From positions 1,674,001 through 1,738,000 of the forward strand of contig CM074806.1 in the NCBI GenBank assembly GCA_037447605.1: 64,000 bases of DNA, in the 5' to 3' direction. Of the stretch, positions 1 to 11,800 are shown in pieces. The first letter of the stretch is position 1; each line of letters opens with the position of its first letter. This DNA is from Zygnema circumcarinatum SAG 698-1b (taxonomy: Eukaryota; Plantae; Zygnematophyceae). Made by a program: the position numbers and the translations under genes. The notes under the pieces are model-generated. The model searched no databases, was not told the DNA's origin, and saw only the letters and a list, made by a program, of their open reading frames with translations.

Positions 1-1781
1 AGTTTGGCATCTTCGCATAACCTGGAAAGTAGTTGATATCTACAATGAAAAAATAACTGGACGCGCGACTATCACGGATAAGGTCGTAATTAAATAGGCG
101 CAGGCCTAGCTTTCTCCTTAAACGCTCAGAGATGGCCACTACAAGGTTATTGGGCGGAAGTGGGGTGGAAGCTAAGCTCTTATCAATGGCTTCTCCTGAA
201 CCCCCTTTAGTGGTGTTGGAGATGTGAGAAAAGGATTGAAGGCCGTCTTTATCGGTGAGGTCTGCTTCCAGTACATCTGCACAAAGTGGGGGGAGTGGGG
301 GGGGAGAGGAAAAAGGATAAGGCTTGAGTGGCAAACTGAGGAGAGCAGATGCCTGAGGTGACTGGCCTTACCCAAAGAAAACGCTGTCACACTTTATGAC
401 CATCGAATCGAATTTAACCTCCCTAAAGCAGGCCTGAGAATGAAAGCAGTTCAATATGAGGAAAGACTATGCAGAACATTGTCAATGTTCTCTGCACTTG
501 CAGCTGTTGGAGTTTAGGCGGTCTGCGTACTTAACGCCAACATGCTTGACATGAAAAACCCCCTAGCTCTGAAAATCATCAGAACCATGTCTGGTTTTCA
601 TCCTGAGAGCAGATTGCACTATAGCCGGATAATTCGTTTCTGAATTCCAGAACTTATAAAATGGGTAACCTTCATGTAATTTTTATACAAAAATGCGTAA
701 ACTATACATGAAGCAAAGATTTTGCAGAAATTTCAGAAAATTCTAAAGCTTATTTCGGGTTGGTTAACGTTGCCAAGAAAGTCAGCCACAAATCCTCTCA
801 GTGGAACCAAAACTGCAATATTTGATGTTTAACCAAGGGAAGTGGTTGAAAGGAGGTTTCAGCCAAACAAGGTTCCTTTAAACGGGGCCATATTCGCGAG
901 TTAGCCAGATGCTTGAGTGGAATCGTCCCACAGTTACTGCAAGTGAACTACCGGCATCCTCTACCTTTCTAGGTTAACAAGTGAAGCTCCACTGTTCATT
1001 TATGCCACTGCTTACGTTCGTACGCGTTCAGATTCGTCTTCTGCTCTGCAGATAAGCCACTTAGGACTCCTCCATCATCAAAATGGCTTACCACTTCGCA
1101 CTGAGGACGGGCATAAAAAACGCCTTATTCCAGAGTTTGCGAAAACGAGAGCCATGTGGGATCACCTGGAAGCGATTTCCTCCGGCAGCACTTGACGTAC
1201 TCGCCTACTACATAGACCTTGAAGATAACTCCACCGTGATTCACAAACTGCTGCAACAGAAAGGGTGGCGCAAGCTTTTCCAGGCCACTTTTATTGTAAA
1301 CGAGCGACATCAGATGGGAGATTGCGGTTCCATCCGCTACTAAAGGCTTAGCAATAACAGGAAACCGTAACCCCGATGCCTCAAACTGGTGGAACAGCGC
1401 ACCACTGCCTTGCTTTTCTGTAATTATCAGCTGCTTCGGAATGCCAACCCAGCCATAAGAATCGTATGACTTCTCTTGTTCAAACACCTGCAGCATAGAC
1501 ACCCTATTATGGAGTCGCTGAATAGCTTCAGGCGGATCCAAGATGATTACGTCGGGGTGGAGAGCCTGATACTCTTCCAGTTGGCTGTACCAGTCCTTGC
1601 CGGTCTGTTTGTGCAGAATCGCATCAAAGAGCCCCTGCTCTTTCAGCGGCTTCCCGAGGTCGACGGCTACAAGTTCCACCCCCTTCTCCTTCGACTGCAG
1701 CAGCAGCGACTCCTTCAAGAAGCTATTGATCTTTTTCTCGGCCAGCGCATAGCCGATCCTGAACTTACATTCCCCGGCCAT
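1..1781 (-). CDS. ITPK: Inositol 1,3,4-trisphosphate 5/6-kinase (ATP-grasp), 3' end runs off the window
   Basis: Exon 1 is 1781-1166 (MAGECKFRIGYALAEKK...FDAILHK...PLVADGTAISH...QQFVNHGGVIFKVYVVG...RRKSLP). A phase-1 GT-AG intron spans 1165-277. Exon 2 from 276 reads DVLEAD...SFSHISN...LGLRLFNYDLIRD...IVDINYFPGYAKMP, the typical ITPK C-terminal motifs. Confidence 0.95.
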
Positions 1782-1881
1782 GAATCTCGTGCATGGACTC
1801 AAGCACAGGCGCCTCCTGCTCTCTCTGTGCCCTGCCTCTCCTCTCCCATCCTCCCTCGCCCTTCCTCTTCCCTCTCCCTTT

Positions 1882-1929
1882 CCCTCGCCCTCGCCCTCGC
1901 CCTCGCCCTCGCCCTCGCCCTCGCCCTCG
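1882..1929. repeat. (CCCTCG)8 hexanucleotide microsatellite upstream of the ITPK start
   Basis: Eight exact units, followed by a short (GCCA)n tract. Confidence 0.95.
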
Positions 1930-2104
1930 CTTGCAAGCCAGCCAGCCAGCCAGCCAGCCTGATCTTTCTCGCTGGCCGCCCCCCCTGGCACCCAGTCACC
2001 CACCAGCGGCGGCGATCGTACGAACGTCCGTACGGACGGACGGTACCTCTCCCGCCCGGACTTGTTGACTTGGCGCCCTCGGCCTCGGCCTCGGCCTCGC
2101 CTTC

Positions 2105-2212
2105 AAGCCGTTTGATGCGCAATTGGCCAATTGCATTCGGTATCCTCCAGGTAACAAAATTTTGTGGGTCGTGCCATGATTGTCAGCCTGAAGTTACATG
2201 TTGTTACGAAGC
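2105..2212 (+). repeat. Copy A of a ~110-bp dispersed direct repeat
   Basis: aagccgtttgatgcgcaatt...caggtaac(a/g)aaattttgtgggtcgtgccatg(a/t)ttgtcagcctga...acgaagc is shared with 3351-3462. Confidence 0.9.
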
Positions 2213-2260
2213 CACATACATACATACATGCATATATGGCCACAGCCAGCCAGCCATGGA

Positions 2261-2320
2261 TGGGATGGGATGGGATGGGATGGGATGGGATGGGATGGGA
2301 TGGGATGGGATGGGATGGGA
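2261..2320. repeat. (TGGGA)12 pentanucleotide microsatellite
   Basis: Twelve exact units; a (TGGCA)n tract lies nearby at ~2383-2408. Confidence 0.95.
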
Positions 2321-2885
2321 TGGAATGGATGGTCGCAGCGGGCCTCCCGCCCCCTGCCTGGCTGGCTGCCTGCCTGCTCCCGGCATGGCATGGCATGGCA
2401 TGGCATGGCGCCTCGCTGGTTCCGCACGCGAGCATGGCCCACCCACATATTGCGACATCGCCGGCGCATCGGCGGGACCGACCGACCGACAGAGAGGGAG
2501 CGGCTGCCTCCCAGTTGGTCGGCGACGCTCACTGTCTGTGACTAACCGCGCGCTGACCAAACTACGCGAGGAACTAACCGCCGTTAGTCGAGGGCTGCGC
2601 GGCCCCCCGGACACCAAGCGATGGTGCGGAACGCTGAGGACAGAGGGAGGGAGGAAGTGAGAGAGGGAGGGAGGAAGGGAGAGAGGAGGAAGGGAGAGAG
2701 GGAGGGAAGGACTCTGGAGGGAGAGAGGGGGAGGAGGCGGCGCAATGCACGTCCCTGCCTGCCCCTCCTTCACGAGGGGCACTGTGGAGGCCGGCTGGCA
2801 ACTGCCGAGGCAGACCTGCCCCGGCTCTGCAATTCTTTCTCGAGTTTCTCTCATCGACGGGCTTCAGGGTGCGGTGCTGCGGAGC

Positions 2886-4938
2886 ATGGACCGAATTTCT
2901 GAAGGTTCATCGCCGAACGGGTCGGAGTGTCCGAGGAATCTCAAGCAGGGAGCTTCAGGGAGCTATGAAGGGTGTAGGTTGTGGGAGAAGGAACCAAGTG
3001 ATGGCTTGCCAGTTGCGCGTGCTTCACACATAGTAAGCTTCCAGGATGTGTCAAGTTGGAGGCCACGCCGAGGGAGCTATATGTCAGGAAGGAGACAATC
3101 GCAGTATGGTTGGAGAAGGAGGATAAGGCCAGGATCGCTCGGTAGGCCGGCAGTCTGTTGTGCCGCAGCGGCTAACGGGAGTGCTGTAGAGAGGTTGGAG
3201 ACATCTCGGGGCGGTTCGGACTTAAGACCGGATGACAAGGCTCCCGAGGTAAGCGGAGTGATGAGGCTACTGGTGATGCATGCTGCGAACGCCTTCATAG
3301 TTCCAGCATTAATTATGCCAACTGTTGATTGCTCAATAAGTTGCAACTCGAAGCCGTTTGATGCGCAATTGCATTCTGTATCCTCCTCCAGGTAACGAAA
3401 TTTTGTGGGTCGTGCCATGTTTGTCAGCCTGACGATACATGTTTTTATCGTTGCTACGAAGCTACATGCATTACCCACTTTCGTTGGGGTGAAATACTTG
3501 ACTGTTTCAATCACGTACGGGAAATTGCCCAGTTCTTTATTGTATGCCACTAACAAATGCAGGAGACATGCGTGGTGTTGCAGGAGCCCCTTTGGAAGGA
3601 GATACAGGAGGAAGCTCGTCTTCAGTCCGTGGCCGAGCCATATCTGGCCAGCTTCCTATACGCCACTATTTTAGCGCACTCATCACTTGAGAAAGCCCTC
3701 GCTTTTCACGTGGCCAACAAGCTTGCTGATGCGACGCTGCTCAGCACCCAGCTGTTCGCACTGTTCTCTGAAATCTTTTTGCAGGATGCAGAGATTAAGG
3801 TGAGTAAAAATACAACTTGTATTGACATGAACTTGCAGTGGGAATTTCGAAGAAACCAGAAGGCTTTTTTTTCATTTCGATTATGGAAAAGCTCTTCAAG
3901 GTTTCTTTTTGTACATTTTGACGCTTCCGATTCTCGCACGGTTGCAGGCAGCCATACGAGCAGATATGCAAGCTTTCAAGGAGCGCGACCCCGCCTGCTC
4001 GGGCTATGTTCATGGCATGCTTTACTTTAAGGGCTTCCTAGCCTGTCAGATTCATCGTGCCTCACATAAACTCTGGCATCAAAGCCGGATTTCTCTCGCA
4101 CTGGCGTTGCAGAACCGCGTCTCCGAGGTGTTTCAGGTCGACATCCATCCAGGTGAGGGCAATGATTCAACTGGGCCACAATGAAATATTGACAGGTGCT
4201 TCTTGTGGTGGTAGTGGTTTAGTAGGCGAAGAGAATTTTGATAATAGTGACTACGGATCCATTTGCTTCTGCAGTACGCATATTCTTAATCGTGTTTGAT
4301 GATGCCAAAGCACATGGTGTAAGGTCGGTTTTTTATTTCTTTGTCTGGGCTTTACTGGAAGCCACGCCTGGATTGAACTCTAACTAGGCATGCTACGACT
4401 TATTCATTCAGATTAGCTGACTAATTAGCTGTCTTAGCTGACTGAATCAGTTCATCAGAAGGAACTAATGAGTTATGAAGTGAGATGCTGCACATAGCCT
4501 GCTAGTTGAAAATCACAAACTGACTTCAGGATCAGATTTTGGTTGATTGCAGGCGCTACCTTGGGCCACGGCCTTCTCTTCGACCACGCGACGGGTGTTG
4601 TGATCGGTGAAACTGCAGTCGTCGGAAACAATGTCTCCATCCTCCACCATGTGACCCTTGGAGGGACAGGAGCAGCTGCAGGAGACCGCCATCCGAAGAT
4701 TCGCGATGGTGTATTGATTGGCGCGGGTGCCACTCTGTTGGGGCCCATTGTGGTCGGTGAGGGGGCGCAGATTGGAGCGTCCTCCCTTGTGCTCTCGGAG
4801 GTGCCGCCATTCAGCACGGCTGTGGGAGTGCCCGCGCGAATCATTGAGCCCAAAGGGACGAAGGCGCCTGAGAAGCGCGACATGCCTGGGCAGTCCATGG
4901 ACCACTGCTCCACCATCATCGACGACTATCAGATCTGA
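2886..4938 (+). CDS. SERAT: Serine O-acetyltransferase with N-terminal extension
   Basis: Exons are ~2886-3248 (start uncertain; donor GAG|GTAAGC), 3563-3799, 3948-4152 and 4553-4938, and the phases are consistent. Motifs include EPYLASFLYATIL, ERDPAC, FKGFLACQIHR, VDIHPGA, DHATGVVIGETAVVG, LGGTG, DRHPKI, a hexapeptide-repeat region and a C-terminal DYQI. Confidence 0.95.
3351..3462 (+). repeat. Copy B of the ~110-bp dispersed direct repeat, in SERAT intron 1
   Basis: Aligns to 2105-2212 with a few substitutions and three short indels. Confidence 0.9.
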
Positions 4939-5880
4939 ACTCCGCTTTTCCTTCACCTGCGACTCTCGGCTTGGTGTACTTGTTGATTACTTAAGCTGGG
5001 AAATCGAGATTGTTTTTTGAGCCTGAACTCGAATTGTAGTCTGTCGCCTTTCACTAGGTATGGGGTGGAAAAATGTCAATGTCAAAATGTCAATGGACAC
5101 CTTGACTTTTAAACGAATTGGTGGGGCTGGGGAATACTGTACGGTTGGGCTGGAGCACATGGGTTGAAGGCTCTATGTGTGTTTGCTACACCTCGGTATT
5201 GGGTAGTGCACTTCACACCAAATTGGAATTTCGCCCTGACTTCCTCATCAAAGTTCCCAAATCGGGCCCATTCCCACTCCGCTCTCTTTGGCCTTAATGA
5301 GGGAGACCGCGGCAAGCAGAGACAGGAGACTGCGGGCTACGTCGGCACTCGCGAAGATGTCCTCTTTAGCCCTTTGACAGTGTTGAGGCATCCTTTTTGC
5401 TGTCATTCTTCTTCGATGAGTTCATTTCTTAAACTTACTTGCACCCCTCAAATTTTTCTTTCTATACGTTTCAGGCAATTCTCAGAGCACACACTCTTGC
5501 TAGGTTCCACGACAGAATGGGACCTTGCAGGCCACCTCTACAGCTTGAGACAAGGCAGCGCTGTTCCTTGTCAACCAATCCCTGTGACACATCAGTAAAA
5601 GTGACTTAGAACAAGCCACAAGCTACAAAGAAAGGCGAATGCCTGCAGCCAATACCTGAACGCCTCCTCAACGGAGTGTCAACTTCAGCTTCAGCTATGA
5701 AGCAGAACGAGCATAGACACGGGCATGGCGATGAGCAAGGGCCTGTTGAATCCGCACGCGGAGCACATGCGAGCCCCTATGTCCAATGATGTGAGACGTT
5801 ATCAGCTCTACACCAGTACAAAAATGAGGCACTAATGCGCTTCAAACCTGCTCTTATGCCTATCCTCTACGATGAAGCCG

Positions 5881-8800
5881 TTATCCAAAGCTGTGCCGAG
5901 CCTTAATCATCCGCTTCAAGGCCACGAGCCACATTCCACATTCGTCCCAGTCCGTCGTTGTGAGCCCAACCTGCCATTGCCCCACACATGATTCCCTCCA
6001 GCATCTATTAAGGCCGAGCCATGCAGTCTGCATGGAATGTACTTCCAAGGGAGCTTCCATTCAGACAGAAGGCGCGCAGGGCCATGGCTAACAGGTGCAA
6101 GCAATTCACATTACTATTCAAAACATATTTCTAAAAAAAAAGAGGAATATACCCACAAGCATGCTGTGAGCACAATGGAATATCCTTCTATAATGCATCT
6201 TGCCCCTGCACCAGGAAGGGCGCAACCAATGTCTCCTAAATAGCTCACAACCTCGCACCTGTAATTTCATTGCCGTGTCATAGTCTCCACTGGCCACGGC
6301 ATGACTTAGCTGCTGCAGCTTGGAAGCAACTTGAGGCGAGACATCCCCAACATTAAGCTTTGCAAAGAGAGCGCCCAACTTCTTGGAGTTGTCATCCATT
6401 TCCCTCCTCTTTGGCACGGTTGCCCGAGGTCCGCCTGCCTGATCTGACGTTTCTTGGAACAATCTTGTCAGGGTTGCTACTACAGGTTTCAACTCCGCTG
6501 CAGAGCAAGAGAAACTGCAGTCAGGTATGGGACCACATATTGAATTGCAGAGAGAACAGAAAAGTAGTAGCCACCAAACAAGCAGGTATAGGGACTTCAT
6601 CCATACATCTTGTACTGATGCAGTCTATCCACGTGTTTCTAACATTGTATGTCTGGCAATTCGGAAATGCATACGAGACCTGAGAATGTTATTTCAGGAA
6701 GGATCATTAATACTAAGAAGAGATCTAAACCAGCACTAACTCTCCTGTGAGTGATGACCCAGTGAATGCACACACAAAATCTGTGGCTCCATGGAAAATC
6801 GCGCATCCTGAAATTAGCAGGTGTGCCTCTAACAACGAGATACAAACTTACCCACTCCTGCAGATCTTCTTGCATTCACTAACTCCGTGGCAGTCAGCAC
6901 AGGGATCTTACCTGCTACGTTTGATGTGTCCACTGTGTGGACTGTTGGCGGAGGAGCTGCAACAGGCAGAGGCTCAGGAGGGGGTGCACGAGAGGGGGCG
7001 GCAGCCGGCGGGGGCAGTACAGCGGCTGCTCCGGGAGTCACACTTGGTGGCCCTAATGAAGGGGGCGGTAGAGGCACAAAGGAGGGGGGACGAGCAATTG
7101 GAGTCGCATTTCGAACTGGGGAGGGCATTGATGGAACCATCACACTCGCCGGCTGCTGATTCTGGTATGGTGGTGGTGCCGGCTGAGCAGGTGTCATAGG
7201 CTGCAATCAACCAAAATAGGTGATTCCCAAGCAATTCAACTAACTTTGTAAAATGGGCAGGCGACATTGACAGGCTAGTGGCATAGATCCTCGTCCAAAA
7301 CGATCAATATGTCAGATTGAAATAAAGAACCTAAAGACGCTGTATTTCCGCGCATACAGGGTATTCTAAAGAATACTATCGACTGTCCGTCAACATGTCA
7401 AGTCGATACAAATCAGCCATAGTCAGTTGATGTGCCTGAGTAGCATGACCTAGACAGAAGTGCAGTTCCCAAAGCTGCCGAATCAAATTACTGAAGAGAT
7501 ATATGTTATAGAAACATGGAGATGTCAAAATGAATTTCAGAATACACTTAACAAGGAACGTAGAAACAACACACAGAGGACAAAAGATCGACATGTGAAG
7601 CTAAATGCGTGAGCATACCAAAGGTTGAGAAGGCACAGCAGCAGGGGCGGGAGGCTGAAACGGCTGCACAGGAGGTGGTACAACTGGATAAGGGACTGTT
7701 GGCTGCTGATACTTCTCCATGTTAGGGACCATGGGAGAAGCCTTCGGAACGAACACAGGCTGAGTTGGCTGCGCAGGTCACATCAGCGGTCTCAGTCTCT
7801 GAGTTGAGGTATCAGCATTTGTGGAGTGTTACTATCAAGGAGGCAAAACACATGCTTTTGAATGCATCGGGGAGATCAACCCGAAACGGGGATTTTGAAA
7901 CTTACAACTTGGAGAGAGGAAAAGGTGTACCTGGTGTTGTCTAGTAGGCTGCAGTTGCTGTTGTATGGGTGGTGGGACTTGGGGGGGGGGCGGCTGGTAA
8001 ACTGGTTGCAATGGCTGGGTAGGGGCAGAGAAAGAAGGGCGGCTGGGAGGGGGGGGGGCTTGGTACGTGAAGGCAGATGAAGCAGTGGGAAGGGAAGGGG
8101 GGGGGTAGGCCGGCTGCTGCTGCTGCTGCTGCTGCTGAGGGGCAGCCGTATAGGCAGGCTGAGGTTGGTAAGGATTGACTGCAGCTGCTGACGATAATGG
8201 AAGAGGTTGCTGACCAACAATCAACTCTTGTGCTTGGAAAGGGAATGGGGGAGTCGGGATTGCTCCCACAGACACTGCACAGGGGAAAAGCTTGGTAGAA
8301 CAACATCAAATGATAGTAAGTTGCCAAAGCCTCACAAGAAGAGAAGGTTAAAAGTCGCATTCGGATGTCTGCAGAAATACGGGTCAAAAAACAAAACGAC
8401 ACCACAGAGAACCTGAAGCTTACGACAAAAATCCAACACAAGGACTTATTCTGGATCTGCTCGCTTGAGGGGACGGAGGACCACCACACAGACGAACTCT
8501 GTCACTAGTATAGAAACTATGAAAAGTCAAAATTCGGATCATCACAGATGATTGAATACAATTCGAGTAATCCAAACGTTTCTGCCAGCTTTCCACTTAC
8601 AGGAATGACTACTTTAATGTCTACAAAGACTGCGACTACACTACGTTCGTCAAGTTTTCTGAATTTGGACGAGGAGGGAATAACTTCGAAACCAAAAAAA
8701 AAAAAATGAGGTTTAAAAATCTGAGAGCATTACATCCTCATTCATTCAAAGCCGCAGAGCAAATAAGTCTTCGGATAAAGTAGCCATGCTTACCTTTTCC

Positions 8801-11800
8801 GCTGTGATAGACACGATCCCTTAAGATATTGAGCTCTGTGCTGGAGTCATCGGCAGAGACGAGTTTGAGATACTCCAAAGCAGTTGAAAGAAGCCCTTGA
8901 CTTGCAAGCAATTCCACGTACTCGCTCACTAGTTTTGCCATCCCCGAGCTCATCCTTCGCTCACCGGAGGCCATACTGAGCACTACTGCCTTCTCCATAA
9001 CGTCCTGTCACAACAAATTGAACGCATACCAGCACGTTGTTCAACAGGTTCACCAGTCAGCTTAACTTTGAGCACTTGGTTCAGGCGAACTTTCTTACTT
9101 CTATGTTGTGGATGGCAAAACATGCAATGGACAACGCACTCTCAGTTCAGAAGCAGACAAGGCCATTCCGACAATACCTGCAAAGCCAAGACTGAGGGAT
9201 GGGCCTTGAGGAAGGCAGGGAATGACTGCAGCCATATGTCTACGACCCTCTCCACGTTCCCTGCACATATGTAGCAGAGAGTGGCGGACTGCCTGTCTCC
9301 GCCACTCTCGAGCTTCACAGCGAGCGCATCGCAAAGGCTCGCCCATTCACCGCTCGCCGCGTACTGCAGGCACCCACAAATTCCATGTAAACAAGGAATC
9401 AAGAGACAGCGAAATCAAGGTCAAGGGGGTAGGGCAACCATTCTGAACTGCAAAACAACACAGCAAATGACTCTCTTGCTTTAAGTGGAATGCATCAAAC
9501 TCTGAAATCGTAACTGAATATAAAGGATTAAAATAAAGACACTTCAATCGTTCCAGTGACAAGCTATGCATGCTGCGATGAAAGTGAGAACTTCAACAAT
9601 GAAATCACCTGCCCCTGTTGGTGCCTGCCACTGACTCTGGCTTTGTAGTCTGAAGTAAGCACAGCTTCATCGACGAGAACAAGCAAAGTCAATCAGCAAG
9701 CATGCAGCTTCATAGAGTATGGTTCCGCTGGGCATGAGCCCTAAGAAAGGCAGTTGAACAGCATAAGAGACAGGCCTCTCTTATAGGTCGATGTGAATAA
9801 AGAAGATACCGTGCAAAGCAAAGCCAAAGTCTCCTTCCACTGCTCCGCAGGCCGAGTGTCCACCAAGCCTCTGAGATCGTTGTTCACAACACATTCAATC
9901 ACCTGCACACAAGCCCAAACAATCTCTTAACGTTCACAAGATCCGAAACAGTTACTTTCTGGTTTCGGAAGACACCTATCCATGGCTTTCATATGTCAGG
10001 GCAAAGGAGACAAGAGGCATCCCAAAGTCACTTAATCAGTGGCACTTAATGACCACCTGGACAACGAATTATACAATTTGTCTAGCAAAAACAGCAAAGC
10101 ATTCCAATCTTGTCCAGTCCTTCCTTTGATGTTGAAACCTACAGCTTTGGCAAGCATTGAGTGTCCTCAAGTCCAGGACTAGGAGAAGAGTGCACTGTGT
10201 CCACTCTAACCAACCATTGCTTTATATAAATGCTTCCGCGGACATGCACTCTTCTCCAAAAAAACACAAGCAAAAATGCCACATGAAATTCCACAGTCCA
10301 TGCGTCCTCTAGTTACGAGTTTGTAATCTGCAAGGAATGAAAGGTCGGCGGTCCTTGCCGGGATGCACACAAAGTGATGTACACTTCAACACCTTCAAAC
10401 TCAATCTCAAAATGTAGTCCGAAACGGCGTGCATAGGATAGGTGCACAACACTAACCTTCATGTAGGGCCGCCTAATGGCCTTCATGTAGGCCTGCTGTG
10501 TCTTTATCCAGAGGTCTGCCCCGCCCACGGAAGCAATAACAAGGGCATCCGCCATGCGTCCTGCCGCCAAACATGCGTCCACAGCTCCCTCATAATTTCC
10601 AACGACCAGAGACCGCTGAATTGCTTCTTCTACATCAGGGTCCTCCTCCATCTCTTCAACCTCTGCCTCCTCCTCTTCCTCCTCCTCCTCCTCCTCCTCC
10701 TCCTCCTCCTCCTCCTCCACTTCCTCCTGTCCGCCATTGATTTCGGCAGCCGGAGCCTTTGCAATTGGAGGGGGGGCAGCGGCTGCTCGTGGAGTCAGAT
10801 TATCAAAAAAGTCCTCGTCGCCAACGAGTGCTGATCCATCTGATATAGAAACGGAGGGGGCACTACTCTGAGGTTGCTGAACATCATGAGCCACTAAAGT
10901 AGCTTTCTCAGCTATTTCTCCAGCAAGCTGATCCGCTCCATCCACTTGAACCTCAGCACTTGCAACCGGAATTTGGAAGTCGAGATGGCTCAGCAGTTTT
11001 GTACGAGCGTCATCCTCAAACAAAACCTTCAGGAAATTCCACGTTTCTTTCTCCACCTCAGTCCTGTCCAGATGCTCAACTTTAGAAGTTGATCGTCAGC
11101 AATCTTGAACCATTGTTTCTCCAATAACAAGGAAGCCAAGTACCAAATCGATTGGGAGAAGCAACCGAAGCTTTCAAAGCGACATATCCAATTTAAGAAT
11201 CGTGGCAAACTCTGCGTGTTAGTCAGGACAGTCCTTGTATGCCTGTACAAGCTTACCCTGCTGCAGCCGCTTTTGTTTCACAAAATGATTTCAAAGTAGG
11301 TTTGTCTCCTCCCGCAACCGCAACTTCAAACGACGTAGAACGTGCCACCAGTTCTTCCTCAGTAACTATATGATGAATCGCCAACTGAAAAAAATATCCG
11401 CAATAACATAACAATTAGCATGTTGCTAATATCGTTCAGAAAGCAGTTGTGACCCTTTCGCGAATTCATTCATCATAAACATAAAAAAGCAGTAGGTGAC
11501 TTGCAGTAAGCCAGATAAGTTAACCAGGCCAAACTGCTCAGAAGTAGCACCCCTAATATTGTGTAGATTCCCTGGGAACAGCTTCATTGCCTTTCGAAGA
11601 AACTCAGCGACGCATGATGAGAAGCCTACTTTAATGCAAGTGCTACAAACGAGGGCGCAGTCTAACGAAAAGCTTACCTCTGAACCACCTGGTTTCTTCA
11701 GCGAGAAGGACGCTAGCTTGCCTCCAAATCCAAAGCTCACCCCACTTGGTCTTTTGAGCCATTGTGGTGCTCTGCTCAGTCCTGTAGCGCAGCGAAGGGA

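Noticed and set aside
1020-1082. Box C/D-like TGATGA...CTGA in the ITPK intron (similar pairs in a SERAT intron and at ~24780)
   Set aside because: Too short or lacking terminal stems and a recognisable rRNA antisense element.
1476-2902. Many long overlapping ORFs (e.g. 1476-2660, 2204-2854)
   Set aside because: They are translations of microsatellites (GWDGM, ALALAL, PSHPI) or antisense to ITPK, with no domain signal.
3077-3556. 159-aa minus-strand ORF over SERAT exon 1/intron 1
   Set aside because: No recognisable motif; it is explained as the antisense of a GC-rich exon plus the 110-bp repeat.
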